DNA of 56,812 nucleotides, counting the filler, from Catajapyx aquilonaris (Eukaryota): assembly GCA_000934665.2 (NCBI GenBank). It is 4 parts of 4 records of this genome, joined end to end, with 100 filler letters (N's around TTAATTAATTAA, not from the genome) between each part and the next. Parts side by side here need not be neighbours in the genome. Positions count along the whole stretch, not along the records: positions 14,232 to 28,343 come from JYFJ02007881.1; positions 28,444 to 42,614 come from JYFJ02007882.1; 2 more parts are not named here. One strand, written 5' to 3'. Each line of letters opens with the position of its first letter. Position 1 is the first letter of the stretch. The notes below the pieces were generated by a model, which did not search any database, had not been told where the DNA came from, and was given only the letters and a program-made list of their open reading frames with translations. Shown here one piece after another: positions 26,339 through 36,816 of this stretch. Position numbers and translations under genes: made by a program.

Positions 26339-27665
26339 CCCCCCTTCTATCCAGTTTGGACCCAGTGATGACAAGTTAAGGTCTCAATATATCAGAGACT
26401 GGCTATAATGTTGTAGAGTTTGTGAGAGTCTCACCTCTTTCTGAATTGGTTTTTGTTCATCTTCATCCCATGTGAATCATCCCAGGATGAGAGCCAGTCG
26501 AATTCTTAAGCAAAACAGGCAACTAACTAAATGCCTATCTTAGTAGGATTCTTTAAAACAACCGCTATGAATCATTGTTTTAAATGTTGCGGTGCATCTA
26601 ATTCAGACATTGGGCTGGTTTTTATCCTTGGTACTTCATATTGTCAGGTGAGAATGCATTTACAGTAGTCTATATTAGATGGAAGTGGGCCAGTTTTTGT
26701 AAAAAATGTGACCTTGTTATTTTAAGTATTTTTTTAAATTGAATATTCCAGGTGCTATAGGAATTATCTCAGCTGAATTCAATACTTGAATATTCAGTGC
26801 ATTTTATGGCCGACAACGTAATGTGATCTCCCATAGCTGTAGTTATTAAATTGAATAAGCCGATGGGACAAGGGTCAAAACTCAAGTTTTTTATTAGTTG
26901 TAAAGAAATTGGAGTGAAACAGCAGCTCTCTTCCTAGACTCGACATCATAACACATCATTCGGGTAATTCAGACGTGTGTCAAGTGTGGGGTATCAGTAA
27001 TTCAGTTAAGTTTTGACTGAAAATATTTATTCTGCATCCCCAGCTGATGAACTCAGGCTCTTGTTTTGTTGGGTTATTCCATTAATGTGTGAATTAGGCT
27101 TTCATGTTTACTTGCCTATGTGTGTGTTTTTTAAAGGAAAGGGCAAGGGGCTTGGTGCAAAAAACCAAGGTTATATAAGTTTTACCAGCTATTCTAATGT
27201 TGGGTTAATGAGTGCTTCTTGCACCATTTCCCTGTACTGCATTCCCAAAATGTGCATGGGTTGTGGAAACAGTTTGGCCCTTTGTTATGATTACATCATA
27301 TTCCTGTCTTCACACCAGTTGTGGTTTTTGTGAACTCTGGTGCAAGCTGGATGACAAGACTTTTCTTTCAACTAGATGAATTTATTCAAGGAAAATACCA
27401 ATTCACTGATAAAGTGTATATTTGACATAACAGGAGTGATAAATCATCCATTGAAAAATTGGGGAGTTCGGCAAGTAAATGGGATATTTTATCAGAGATA
27501 TAAATGCAAATTTGATTCTCACCTGACAAGATGTAGTCTCTCCACTGCCTTTTGAATCCTTATCTGTTAGGTAGATTTGAGACTCCTAATTTTTTTCCTC
27601 AGGATTTCCACTCACAGATGTTATGTGGATTGCGTCCCCCCTAAATTTGATCCACATGCCATCTA

Positions 27666-28076
27666 CGAGGTCGGTTTGAAAGGTTTTGCCTCCTCTGCGG
27701 TAATTTCAATAATAGGCAAGATAATCATATAAACCATGTGTCTGGGGAAAGCTTGGAATGTCCTCTACCAGACAGTGTCATTACATTTCCACTTAGTCAC
27801 CATACCTATCAACAGGCATGCGCCAAAGTCAGACCAGTTGTTGCATCCCATTGTAGAAGATATCAGGAGAAGACGCCTGATATCTTCTACTGCAGAATGC
27901 AACAACTAGTCCGACTTTGGCTCATGCGTATGGATAGGGATGGTGACTAATTGGAAAGTAATGACACCCTCTGGGAGAGAACATTCCAAGCTTTCACCAG
28001 ACATATGGTTTATGTGAGTATCTTGCCTATTATTGAAATTATCGCATAGGAGGCAAAACTTTTCAAACTGACCTCG
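27666..28076. mobile_element. mariner-like MITE with TA TSD, followed by a solo TIR
   Basis: TA|CGAGGTCGGTTTGAAAGGTTTTGCCTCCT...AGGAGGCAAAACTTTTCAAACTGACCTCG|TA with extended inverted arms; a further TACGAGGTCAGTTTGAAAAGTTT starts at ~28085. Confidence 0.8.
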
Positions 28077-28200
28077 TAGATTACTACGAGGTCAGTTTGA
28101 AAAGTTTCCATTAGGGAGTCCTGTGTGCCATAGGAGTTGTAAATGAACGTAACTGTTACTAAGTTCTAGAGACAGAGATCTGGTTCTGGTTTTTATTAAG

Positions 28201-28343
28201 TTAATAATAATAATAATTCATAGCCCGTTATCAGCCGTCGGCTCTTTAGGGGGGAAGTTTGTTTTGCCTGGAACTCTTTGCTTTTCATTTTACTGTGCTC
28301 TTTGGGATAGGATAGGGACGGAAGGAAGCGGCTGTGGCCTATT
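28201..28343 (-). mobile_element. 3' part of a SINE truncated by the block end
   Basis: Minus strand GGCCACAGCCGCTTCCTTCC (motif common in insect SINE bodies), then CCCCCCTAAAGAGCC...CGGGCT and an (ATT)n tail. Confidence 0.5.
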
Positions 28344-28443
28344 NNNNNNNNNNNNNNNNNNNNNNNNNNNNNNNNNNNNNNNNNNNNTTAATTAATTAAN
28401 NNNNNNNNNNNNNNNNNNNNNNNNNNNNNNNNNNNNNNNNNNN
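28344..28443. other. Synthetic 100-nt contig spacer
   Basis: N44-TTAATTAATTAA-N44. Confidence 0.97.
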
Positions 28444-28819
28444 ATATATAATATTATATATAATTTACTGATTATTATAGAGAATATATCAAAACCTAGT
28501 GTGGGCGGAGACGTTGAGGAGGGCTTGAACCCAGCTGATCTGACCATCAACATCCGTCTCCGGACCGAAAAGAGGCGTCGCAGTAGATCAAATGCTTCCC
28601 TGACTCGCAATTAGTCCTCATTCATTAGTCATTAGTCCTCCGACGCGGTCACATTGTCCTTTCCCATGCCTTGTCGCCGTGAATGTCCATTTCCTTTCTG
28701 GACTTGTTTATCGATGGGAAAGTGATTAAATCGGTAGCGCTTTTTTTTAATGACTTTCGGCACCATCGGAGACCATTATGGAAGGTTTCCAGATTAGTTG
28801 TTGATATTTATTTCTGCAG

Positions 28820-29073
28820 ATAGCAAAAGTTGTCATCGGTAAGTACATAATATCAGTTATAGGCCACATATTTTCCCACCATTTCTGATGATCGGTAATA
28901 TGCAACTTAATAATGTTTCTTTCACAATTTCAGCTGCAGTTCAGCTGAAATATCCCTGGCACGCTGGGACACAAGAAGTAGCCCAGAAGATGGGGAAAAT
29001 CCTGAGTGGAGCAGCGGACAGGGAAGGGGGGAGGAAATGTATGGTAAACAGCAATAGGGGCAAGACAAACTGA
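28820..29073 (+). pseudogene. Possible C-terminal exon relic of a DUF4806/BEN-like transposon-associated protein
   Basis: After acceptor aatttcag the frame reads AAVQLKYPWHAGTQEVAQKMGKILSGAADREGGRK; the AxDREGGRK end recalls DUF4806-type C-termini. No upstream gene body was seen. Confidence 0.25.
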
Positions 29074-29689
29074 CTTGTGAGTGTACAAACAAAAAGGAAA
29101 ATATAGCCTATACGGTATATTATTGCGTATTATTGTGTATAGTGTTCATTTTTGAATCATTTTTACCAATGCCGGTTATGCAGATACATGCAGTAAAACC
29201 CCGTATTAGATAATAATGGTGGCCTCGCGTACGTATAATACGGGGTTTATTTTGGATTCCAAAGCGCCGAAATCAACGAGGGTAATATCTCAAGAAACCT
29301 ATAGTGGTTGGAAGTGTGTCTTTTCCCACCTCCCTGTAGTACCTGCACCAATAAGGGGCCGGAAAATCATGTGAATCTTGGGTGAATCTCGTACGTTTAA
29401 AGGTTGAATCTCCTTTGTAAATCATAGGGAATATTGGGCGAATCTCATACATGCTTGTTGGAATGACCCTTGCCATGATCCCATAGCATTTAAAAATATA
29501 TTATATTCCTTGCCTGCTGTGAACTACTGGCAACATAATAATTATGGTGATAGACTGTACCTTATGGAAGGGACTTCCATTCTGGTGCATGATTCTACCA
29601 GTGTTACCATGGCTTGAAAATGGTCCAAACTTGACGTCACAACCTGTAGTATTGGACCAAGTTATCCACTGCTGGGTGAAATGCAGATT

Positions 29690-29815
29690 TTATTTATCCT
29701 GTTAGCATACATCAGTTTCGATGGCTATCCAGTGTAGTCTCCGAAGTCCAATTGTCGTCACTTTTCATGAATGTCTCTCCTGGACTGGAAAGATTTTGAG
29801 TTTGTCTGTCTGTCG

Positions 29816-29847
<32 letters not shown>

Positions 29848-30044
29848 GTCTGTCTGCCCGCCTTCCAACCGTCATTTGCCTGCCATCTGTGCTCCACCCC
29901 CAGGCCGGGAGAGGTTGAAGGTGTTGGAGTAGCAGGACCACAGATGGATTGGTGGCCGGACACACAGAAAGACAGACGGGGGTACTGGCAGGTGTTTTCC
30001 CTTCATTCATTTCTTCCCGGGCAACGCCGGGTGCCGCAGCTAGT
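29690..30044 (-). mobile_element. Helitron-like non-autonomous (HINE/Lep1-type) element with (ACAG)n microsatellite
   Basis: Minus strand starts ACTAGCTGCGGCACCCGGCGTTGCCCGGG; (CTGT)n lies at ~29803-29857. Same start type as the element at 23866. Confidence 0.65.
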
Positions 30045-30480
30045 ATTATAATAACTTAATAATGATTTTGAAGTGACGCAAGGCGCTAAAAGAAGCAGGT
30101 GGCTCCAGAAGATCTTTTTGATACTTTGAATATTCCGACACGAAACTGTTATGAAAGGGTAGGCTACATTTTCTTACTCAAGAAAGCCATTGCATTGACA
30201 ATATTTTCGGATCCACATGAAGACTCGACCGAAAGTCTGCGGATATACGGTATGGATTATAATGTTATCCCAGGAAAAAAAAACTTTTTCTCAAAGACTG
30301 GAAGTAGTACCTACTTCTCTCATAGTGCACCTAAATCAAAGCAAATAGTAAGCCTGGATGCTCATGTGCATTTATTAGAAATTCCTGTCCTCCTTTCTAC
30401 GCTATGACAAAATAAGACGGTATTGCTGAAGAACGATTGGTTGGGCTGAGGCACATTTTTTTACACGTAAGAGTCATTGC

Positions 30481-31698
30481 TCATGGAACGCAGGGCACCA
30501 TAGGCTTGAATCCATCACAAGTATTTTCAGTGACCTTAGTTCCTGTAAAGAGCCAATACTAATATTAGTTACTGTTGCCACTATAATAGGTGTGCTCTAT
30601 TTACCCTCTCTAATGAAGCAGTGAAACTCTTCCTTGATCCAACCCTCCTTCTGCAGCTCGGGACAATTTTGTGTCTCTCGTTTCATTTTTTCGATGTCAG
30701 GCAGGCCATTATCTAACGTCTGGAATAGAAGTAGGACTACATTAGATCACTGTCGTATGCGAGCATATGAAGACGCTCTAAAAGTGGTAACGTACCAATT
30801 CCATCTCCTGCAGCCAGCACTGCAGCACACACTACAAAACATCAAAATGTGAGCAAATTAATCATGAAAAAAATACAATCAAAACGAGCTCTTTAGGGGA
30901 CTTACTCGTTCTTCAATGCCATTCAATCTGCATGTGTGGAATGCACTCGTCGATCGTTCTCCTGTTGGGCACTGAAAAAGTGAACTAGAGTTCAGATCAT
31001 ATGGAGCGGATGATGAAATCGCAATGATTTTAACAATAATAACAACAATGATCTGTCAAAAAAAACAGGAAGTTTAAAAGTGAGACATTGTTACAATTTG
31101 TGTTTACAGGATGGCGCACTGCCTAATTCCATAGTTGAAGATGTGGATTAGGCTGAACCTGTGGATTATTTACCCAAGAAACCAGTTGAAATTCTTACTT
31201 TTTTGCCACGATCAGGTCATATTCACTTGTCATTGTCTTCTCTTTAAATTGCTCGCTAGGATGAACACTCTATATTATTATTTTGTCGCCTTGCTCATCC
31301 TGGAGGAATTTGAACAGTAGGATATACCACCCTGTATATTTATTAATTTCTTTCTTCAATTTTTGTGTTATGATCTAGTTCCTAACCAAAACTTCATGGA
31401 GGACTTAGAATGAATTGTTTGTGAGATCAACTAAATTATGGGAAACTAGTTAATTTATAGGAAGACATAAGAACAACATGTAGGAAACAAATCATGATGG
31501 CGTCGCAAGTTGTTAACATGAATCTATCATAATATTTTGTGTAATGTTAATTACAAGGCATTTTGAAAATTTACTGGGTCTATGTCTAGGATAGAGTATA
31601 CTTCACTCGAATCTTACCTTATCTACTGCGAGTGTACCTCTGGGCCCCAAGAGGAGCACCGCCGAACAGGAAAGGACGAGGAGCACCGTTGTCTTCAT
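30481..31698 (-). CDS. Secreted OBP-like (PBP/GOBP-fold) protein, 8-Cys type, cluster gene A (119 aa)
   Basis: Exons (-) 31698-31618, 30971-30906, 30831-30796, 30719-30605 and 30542-30481, all GT-AG, phases 0,0,0,1. Protein: MKTTVLLVLSCSAVLLLGPRGTLAVDK/CPTGERSTSAFHTCRLNGIEER/CVLQCWLQEMEL/TLDNGLPDIEKMKRETQNCPELQKEGWIKEEFHCFIREG/TKVTENTCDGFKPMVPCVP*. It has a signal peptide and the OBP hallmarks C-X3-C and C-X8-C. Two paralogs with the same exon layout corroborate the model. Confidence 0.85.
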
Positions 31699-33342
31699 TG
31701 TGTCTCGCAGCTCTGCTGATTATTTCGCCCTCCTGTCAGACTCATATAGTGCGCCTCAAATTGTCTGTGACCTTGTCCATTCTCTGCATTATTGTGCAGG
31801 AATTACATACGACCTGCACTCTCGGGAAACAAGTAGTCTGCAATTTATGCATGGAACTTCCTATCTCATAAAAAGCAATCGCTTCATCGTTGCAAAGGGA
31901 AGCTCTAAATGACAGGGGAGGTGATTTTCAGTGGTACAGGAAGTTATATGTATTTTTCTCTTTCAATCCTCGTTCATTAAGTCAGGTTAAAAGCGTGGGA
32001 AGCTACAATATGTAGTACTTTTATATCATTATGTATTTAATTACATGAAAAGCTATCTTCATAGCCTATTGTGAATAGTATTTTTGAATCCATAATAGAA
32101 CACAATCCCACTTTACCTTGCACATACTTGTCATGACATAGCTCACAAAATGCTACATGGGATGTGACTTTATACGACTTCATTTCAGTTTATTGTGGCT
32201 GAGGATCACGTAGAACTAGAGAGGTGGTGTGGCCTGGCGGCTCCATCAGCCTTGTTGAAAAATAGAAGAACCAATATTTAACATGGTGGAACGTTTTGAA
32301 GTATTTTTTTCCCCTGAAGCTTATTTTTCTCTGCGCATGTTATGTGCCGTACACTATGTTATGCTGCAGAAATTTTATTACGAATATAAATAGCAATATA
32401 ATAAAATATTAGAATACAGCTTTAACACTGTGGTCCATCTTCCAGAATTGGATCAGATTTGGGACCTTGATATGAAGGAAAAATGAAAACAACTCTCTCC
32501 ACGTGGCGTATTACAGGATTGTGCATCATTACTTTCATAAATGCATCTTGAGTGAAATTCTGACTGCATACTTTCGTACATGTACATAGTGACGGTGTTA
32601 CATATCCCTTACCATTGTTTACTCCCAAGCCCTTCAATTGGCACAATTAGCAACCAACAATGCAATCCAATTACCTATGTATCCTGACTTTAGAGTCACC
32701 ATGTGGCATGTATATAACCGTATCACCGCAATAAATAAATACATGACAGAGTTGCACAAATTTTTTCATGCGTTTTAAAAACTGCACGACGATTTTGAGT
32801 AACAAATAACAAAGCGAGGCTTATCCTTTCTGGCCATGGTACAGTTTGTATTTGATATCATTGACCAGAGGCATGGTCAAATTGAACCATAGGGTTGCTA
32901 AATCTGTAACATCAGAATAATGTAAAACCTTGTAACCGAAAAAAAAAGTTTCTTCTAATACACATTTAAATTACAATATCAGGAGGTCACGCCAGGCAAG
33001 AAAAATTGCACAAGCTCTTTGTTTTCTCAGAACCAGGTGGTCAGAACCCACCAAAAATGTGATGAGTTGTTTATTTTAAGGTTCTCTCATGCAATATCAG
33101 TCAACTAGGTAAGTAGAATATTAGCGTGATAATATTGTATAGCCACTGAAACAGACAGCAGTACGGTGGAATTGCACATAACTTTGTTGAAAGCTACAAT
33201 ATTTGATTTCCACACATTTAACTGCTTCTCTCTGTGTCCTTGTAGTATCTTCCCCAGGTGACAGTTACTTCGTTGATATTAGAGAAAACGACTTTTTTAT
33301 CCAACATAACAGTCAGAAAGTATGGCACATAAGACTATACTA

Positions 33343-33381
33343 TTTACTAGGATTACTAGGATTACTAGGATTTACTAGGAT
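33343..33381. repeat. Short tandem repeat (TTACTAGGA)x4
   Basis: tttactaggattactaggattactaggatttactagga. Confidence 0.85.
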
Positions 33382-33429
33382 ATTTAGTAATCGACAAATT
33401 TATAATGTGTACAATCACCAGAGGATCAT

Positions 33430-34274
33430 TTTATATAGAGGTATGATTTTCTATTAGCAGCTTCATTACCGAGATAATTAGCATTGATCATAGATTTCAT
33501 TATGCCATAACCTATGTTGAAGATACAGCCTGCGGCACTCCCGTCGCTTTGGTGACTACCTCCTACTCCGTACTCCTAATAAGATCTTCGGCAGTATAAA
33601 TAAAATTGCTTACTAACTTCTACATTGTAACAATAGAGGCAATATCACGCGGAAGAGTATAAACTTAATTATTACCTGCCAAGACACGCGTATTTCATAG
33701 CTTGTGCTTGAAACACATTATCTCGGTAACGAGGCTGCTGAAAATAAATGACACCTCTACATAAATTGATCCTCTTATCATCAGGCATAATCTGGTGCCA
33801 GAATAATGAAAATTGCCAATGAGCTACAAAATGCAGCATGTAGTCTACACACTGTGACTTAGCTCTGACGCACAACTCCTGAAGCCAATTAAATTCATTG
33901 GCCCCAAAAAAGTCTAAAATGTAGGGGTGAGAAATGTCGAAGCATGAATTGCTAACGACGTAGCCATAACTCCGAATGTTGTGCACACCCCAGTCCATCG
34001 TATCCTGGAACTTATGCACAGGTTGCCAGCCCAAGTCACTAAATAAAGCTCTAAATAAAGTCTAAATCTACTGTACTATGTTCATGGTTTTGAAGCTCAC
34101 GTAAATGAAGTTTATTATTTCTCCTGAAAAGTAAAGCAGTATGAACGAATGACCACTAAGTAACAGGTTGACCTGTCGTTTTGGTTCCTCGGTTACAACA
34201 AGATTTCTTACCGGATTGAGTTTGATGACCTTATCAAACGTTGGACTGGATTGAAATTCTTGGATTTGACCCAC
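33430..34274 (-). pseudogene. Intronless decayed reading frame; candidate endogenous viral element (totivirus-like capsid C-terminal part)
   Basis: ORFs 34274-34068 and 34034-33672 share one frame of about 200 codons broken by two close TAG stops. The segment DWGVHNIRSYGYVV...DFFGANEFNW resembles, from memory, a W/R-x-x-GY...(F/Y)xxNxxxW region of L-A-like Totiviridae capsids. Not verified by search. Confidence 0.35.
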
Positions 34275-34902
34275 TTATGTGGTTGGGTGGGTCACTGGCC
34301 AAAATGGCAAGAGCGTGATGGTTATTCTGAGGCTGAAGTTTTGCACATTGGCAATGACACCTGCAAGCTGAGAATCCTGCACAATGAGATGGTGGAAGTG
34401 CCTCCTAAAATATCTAATATGACTGCTCTGATAGCAATGCTTCAAATGCTTGAGTCAGATTGCGTTGTATTTCTGACTGGCTTCTGAAAGTTACTGCATT
34501 TGTAGGTTTTGGATTTTAGCAGGAATACCATAAGTGTGCTGCCTGACTTATTTTGTACAATAAGGAAGTTGAGGTGGTGCAGAAGACCAATACCATGGGT
34601 TCAGTGAGTCCAGCCATTATCTTCAATGTCAGGGGGTCCGAAAGGGTCATTGACAGTTGATTGCAATACATTTTATTTTGTCATATACATTATTTTGAGT
34701 CATTATAATTATACCATTCACCTTCATTATTCAACAAGTCTTAAAATAACATTCCCCAGGGGGGCAGCAGCAGCGCCCGAAAGGTGCTCTCCTGAATATG
34801 CAAAAATAGACCAGTTGTTTGAAACAGTCAAAGCGGAAAGAACTTCTCACAGTTCCAAAACTCATGCATGTGGTTGACTATTCTCTGACAGTGACATCAT
34901 TT

Positions 34903-35828
34903 TTATTGTCCAGGTATGCAGGAAGTCAGTGGCTCAAATCCTTTGCATGTGCCCTCAGTGACCTTGGCAGCTGAGGAAGAAGTCACAACATCACATATCA
35001 TCACACACTATCGTATTTGCAGTTCCTCGGGCAATATTAGTTATGCTCATACCTTCACGAGTGAAGCAAAGGAATTCGTTTCTTCTCCATCCTCCAGCTC
35101 GTAAATCGGGGCAGGTGTTGGCAAATCTTGCCATCAGATCTGCGTCAGGAGTTTTGTCTGGTTTCAGCTAAAAGTATACTTTCACTTAACATCCAGTGCA
35201 CCATTATTGTAACTATATAGTGTACCATTCAACGCAGAATTAAAATTATTTTAATTACTGAGCTGAAACGTACATTAATTTTTTATAACTAGTTTACAGT
35301 GATTGGTTATGTGAGTGACCAGAAAATCTTAATTTAGTGAAGATGTCCTTGTTTTTTAAAATGAGCAAGTAAATGTCTTACCATTCCCATTTCATCGAAC
35401 TGGCACTTTATGATGCACTGCAAGTAAAGCGAAGTTATATACTCTGTCCTGATGATGTAAAGGTTAAGGCATACAATATTTTGAACTAAAATACTTACTG
35501 CCTCCTCTGAATCTTGACCCCGGCATTTTCTTAATGCCTCATCGGCCCTTCTTGCAGTATAACACTGCAAAAGAAATGGGCATGTAGACTGTGATACATT
35601 CATCACCCTAAAGCGGATTGGATTTCACATAGTTTACGAATCATACAACAGTAGTTTTTCAGTGGGAATTCGATGGATAAAAAATACTTATTTGTGAAAT
35701 GTTAAAGCCCTGGTTTTAAAAACTACTGTATAACATATAAGAACACATACTGGTATGTCGCCCTGCTGAGCACCTGAATGTTGTGTGCAAATGAGCAGAG
35801 CACATGCCAAGATGACCACCGTCTTCAT
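34903..35828 (-). CDS. Secreted OBP-like protein, 8-Cys type, cluster gene B (120 aa)
   Basis: Exons (-) 35828-35751, 35564-35499, 35417-35382, 35167-35053 and 34970-34903. Internal exon lengths (66/36/115 nt) are identical to gene A. Protein: MKTVVILACALLICTQHSGAQQGDIP/CYTARRADEALRKCRGQDSEEA/CIIKCQFDEMGM/LKPDKTPDADLMARFANTCPDLRAGGWRRNEFLCFTREA/AKVTEGTCKGFEPLTSCIPGQ*. Confidence 0.87.
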
Positions 35829-36072
35829 GATGAGAGCTTCGACTGAACCTTTCCACCTTATTGTGTGATATAAGCTGTCTTTTTAATGCCTTTGGCTGGC
35901 TCTGACTTAATAAAATTACATAAGCTAGTCGTCAGAAATCAGAAGGGTTTCCCAGACCATACAAAATTATTGGACTGCATAGTCCAGCAATCCATTATAA
36001 ACTACTTCCTGCTATCTCACTGCAATTCTATTTTTTCCCTTAAAAGTAAATTGCCACTATGGACCTTGGTAC

Positions 36073-36186
36073 CTCTATGTCTGTGTCACTTTGATCCCAG
36101 GATGGGCTGGACACGTGAACTGTCCGTGACGTTGAGAGTGACAGGAAAAGCAGAAGCTCGTACAAAAAAAGAGAGGGAATCTTCAT
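36073..36186 (-). CDS. Candidate additional signal-peptide exon (alternative first exon of gene B, or relic of a fourth paralog)
   Basis: ATG at 36186 in the same catcATGAAG/gtcATGAAG context as the paralogs. It has 38 open codons, MKIPSLFLYELLLFLSLSTSRTVHVSSPSWDQSDTDIE, ending at a phase-0 GT (gag|gtacc, a weak donor) compatible with exon 35564-35499. Confidence 0.4.
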
Positions 36187-36816
36187 GACTCATATTATAC
36201 AACCTTGATGGACAGACTTATTTAGTGGCGTTACATAGGATTTATTGGGCTATCAGTCATGCCCTCAAGGACGGGAGTTGTGTAAGTGAATGTCAGGTGT
36301 GACTATGTGTGCATATCTGGAATAAATTTAGGGTAATTAATTTTCTTCATACACCATAGAATTTTCTATTGCATACCAGACTGTTATTCTGGTAGATGAT
36401 GAGAGTGGGAAGAAACCATTGAAGCCATTCTCACATAAGGAATTCATGCATCCAATCCAAGAATCGAACATTGCACTGCACGTAGTTTATTGCATAATTA
36501 TACATTATATGCTGCCCATCTCCAGTAGACAGATTACCTGTCATTATTAAAATGTCCAACTAAAGCCAATTTTGCATACAATCTTACGTTGTGCAAGGAG
36601 TAGCTAGAACCTCCTGATAGAAAACACTCATATCAGCAATATTATTGGGACCTTCTCAAAGTTGGCATATTTTTGGAGAACGCGTTTGTCTTATATAGTG
36701 TATTGTTAGAATGAGGTGTTTATTTTGCCAACTAAGGGAAACGCCTTTTATTGTCAGCGCTGGTTAAAACCTGGCGGGCAATATTTTCCCGACTACAAAA
36801 TACAAAAGTGAGCTTT

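Noticed and set aside
31199..31331. Extra exon(s) for OBP-like gene A (GGISYCSNSSRMSK / DEQGDKIII*SVHPSEQF...), including a possible stop read-through
   Set aside because: It would need an intron of 40 nt or less, a GC donor or an in-frame TAG. Direct splicing 31618->30971 is in phase and matches the structure of paralogs B and C.
34528..34655. Possible fourth OBP-like exon-4 relic (DPFGPPDIE...) on the minus strand
   Set aside because: Only the G-x-PDIE motif matches; there is no acceptor, no conserved Cys spacing and no companion exons.
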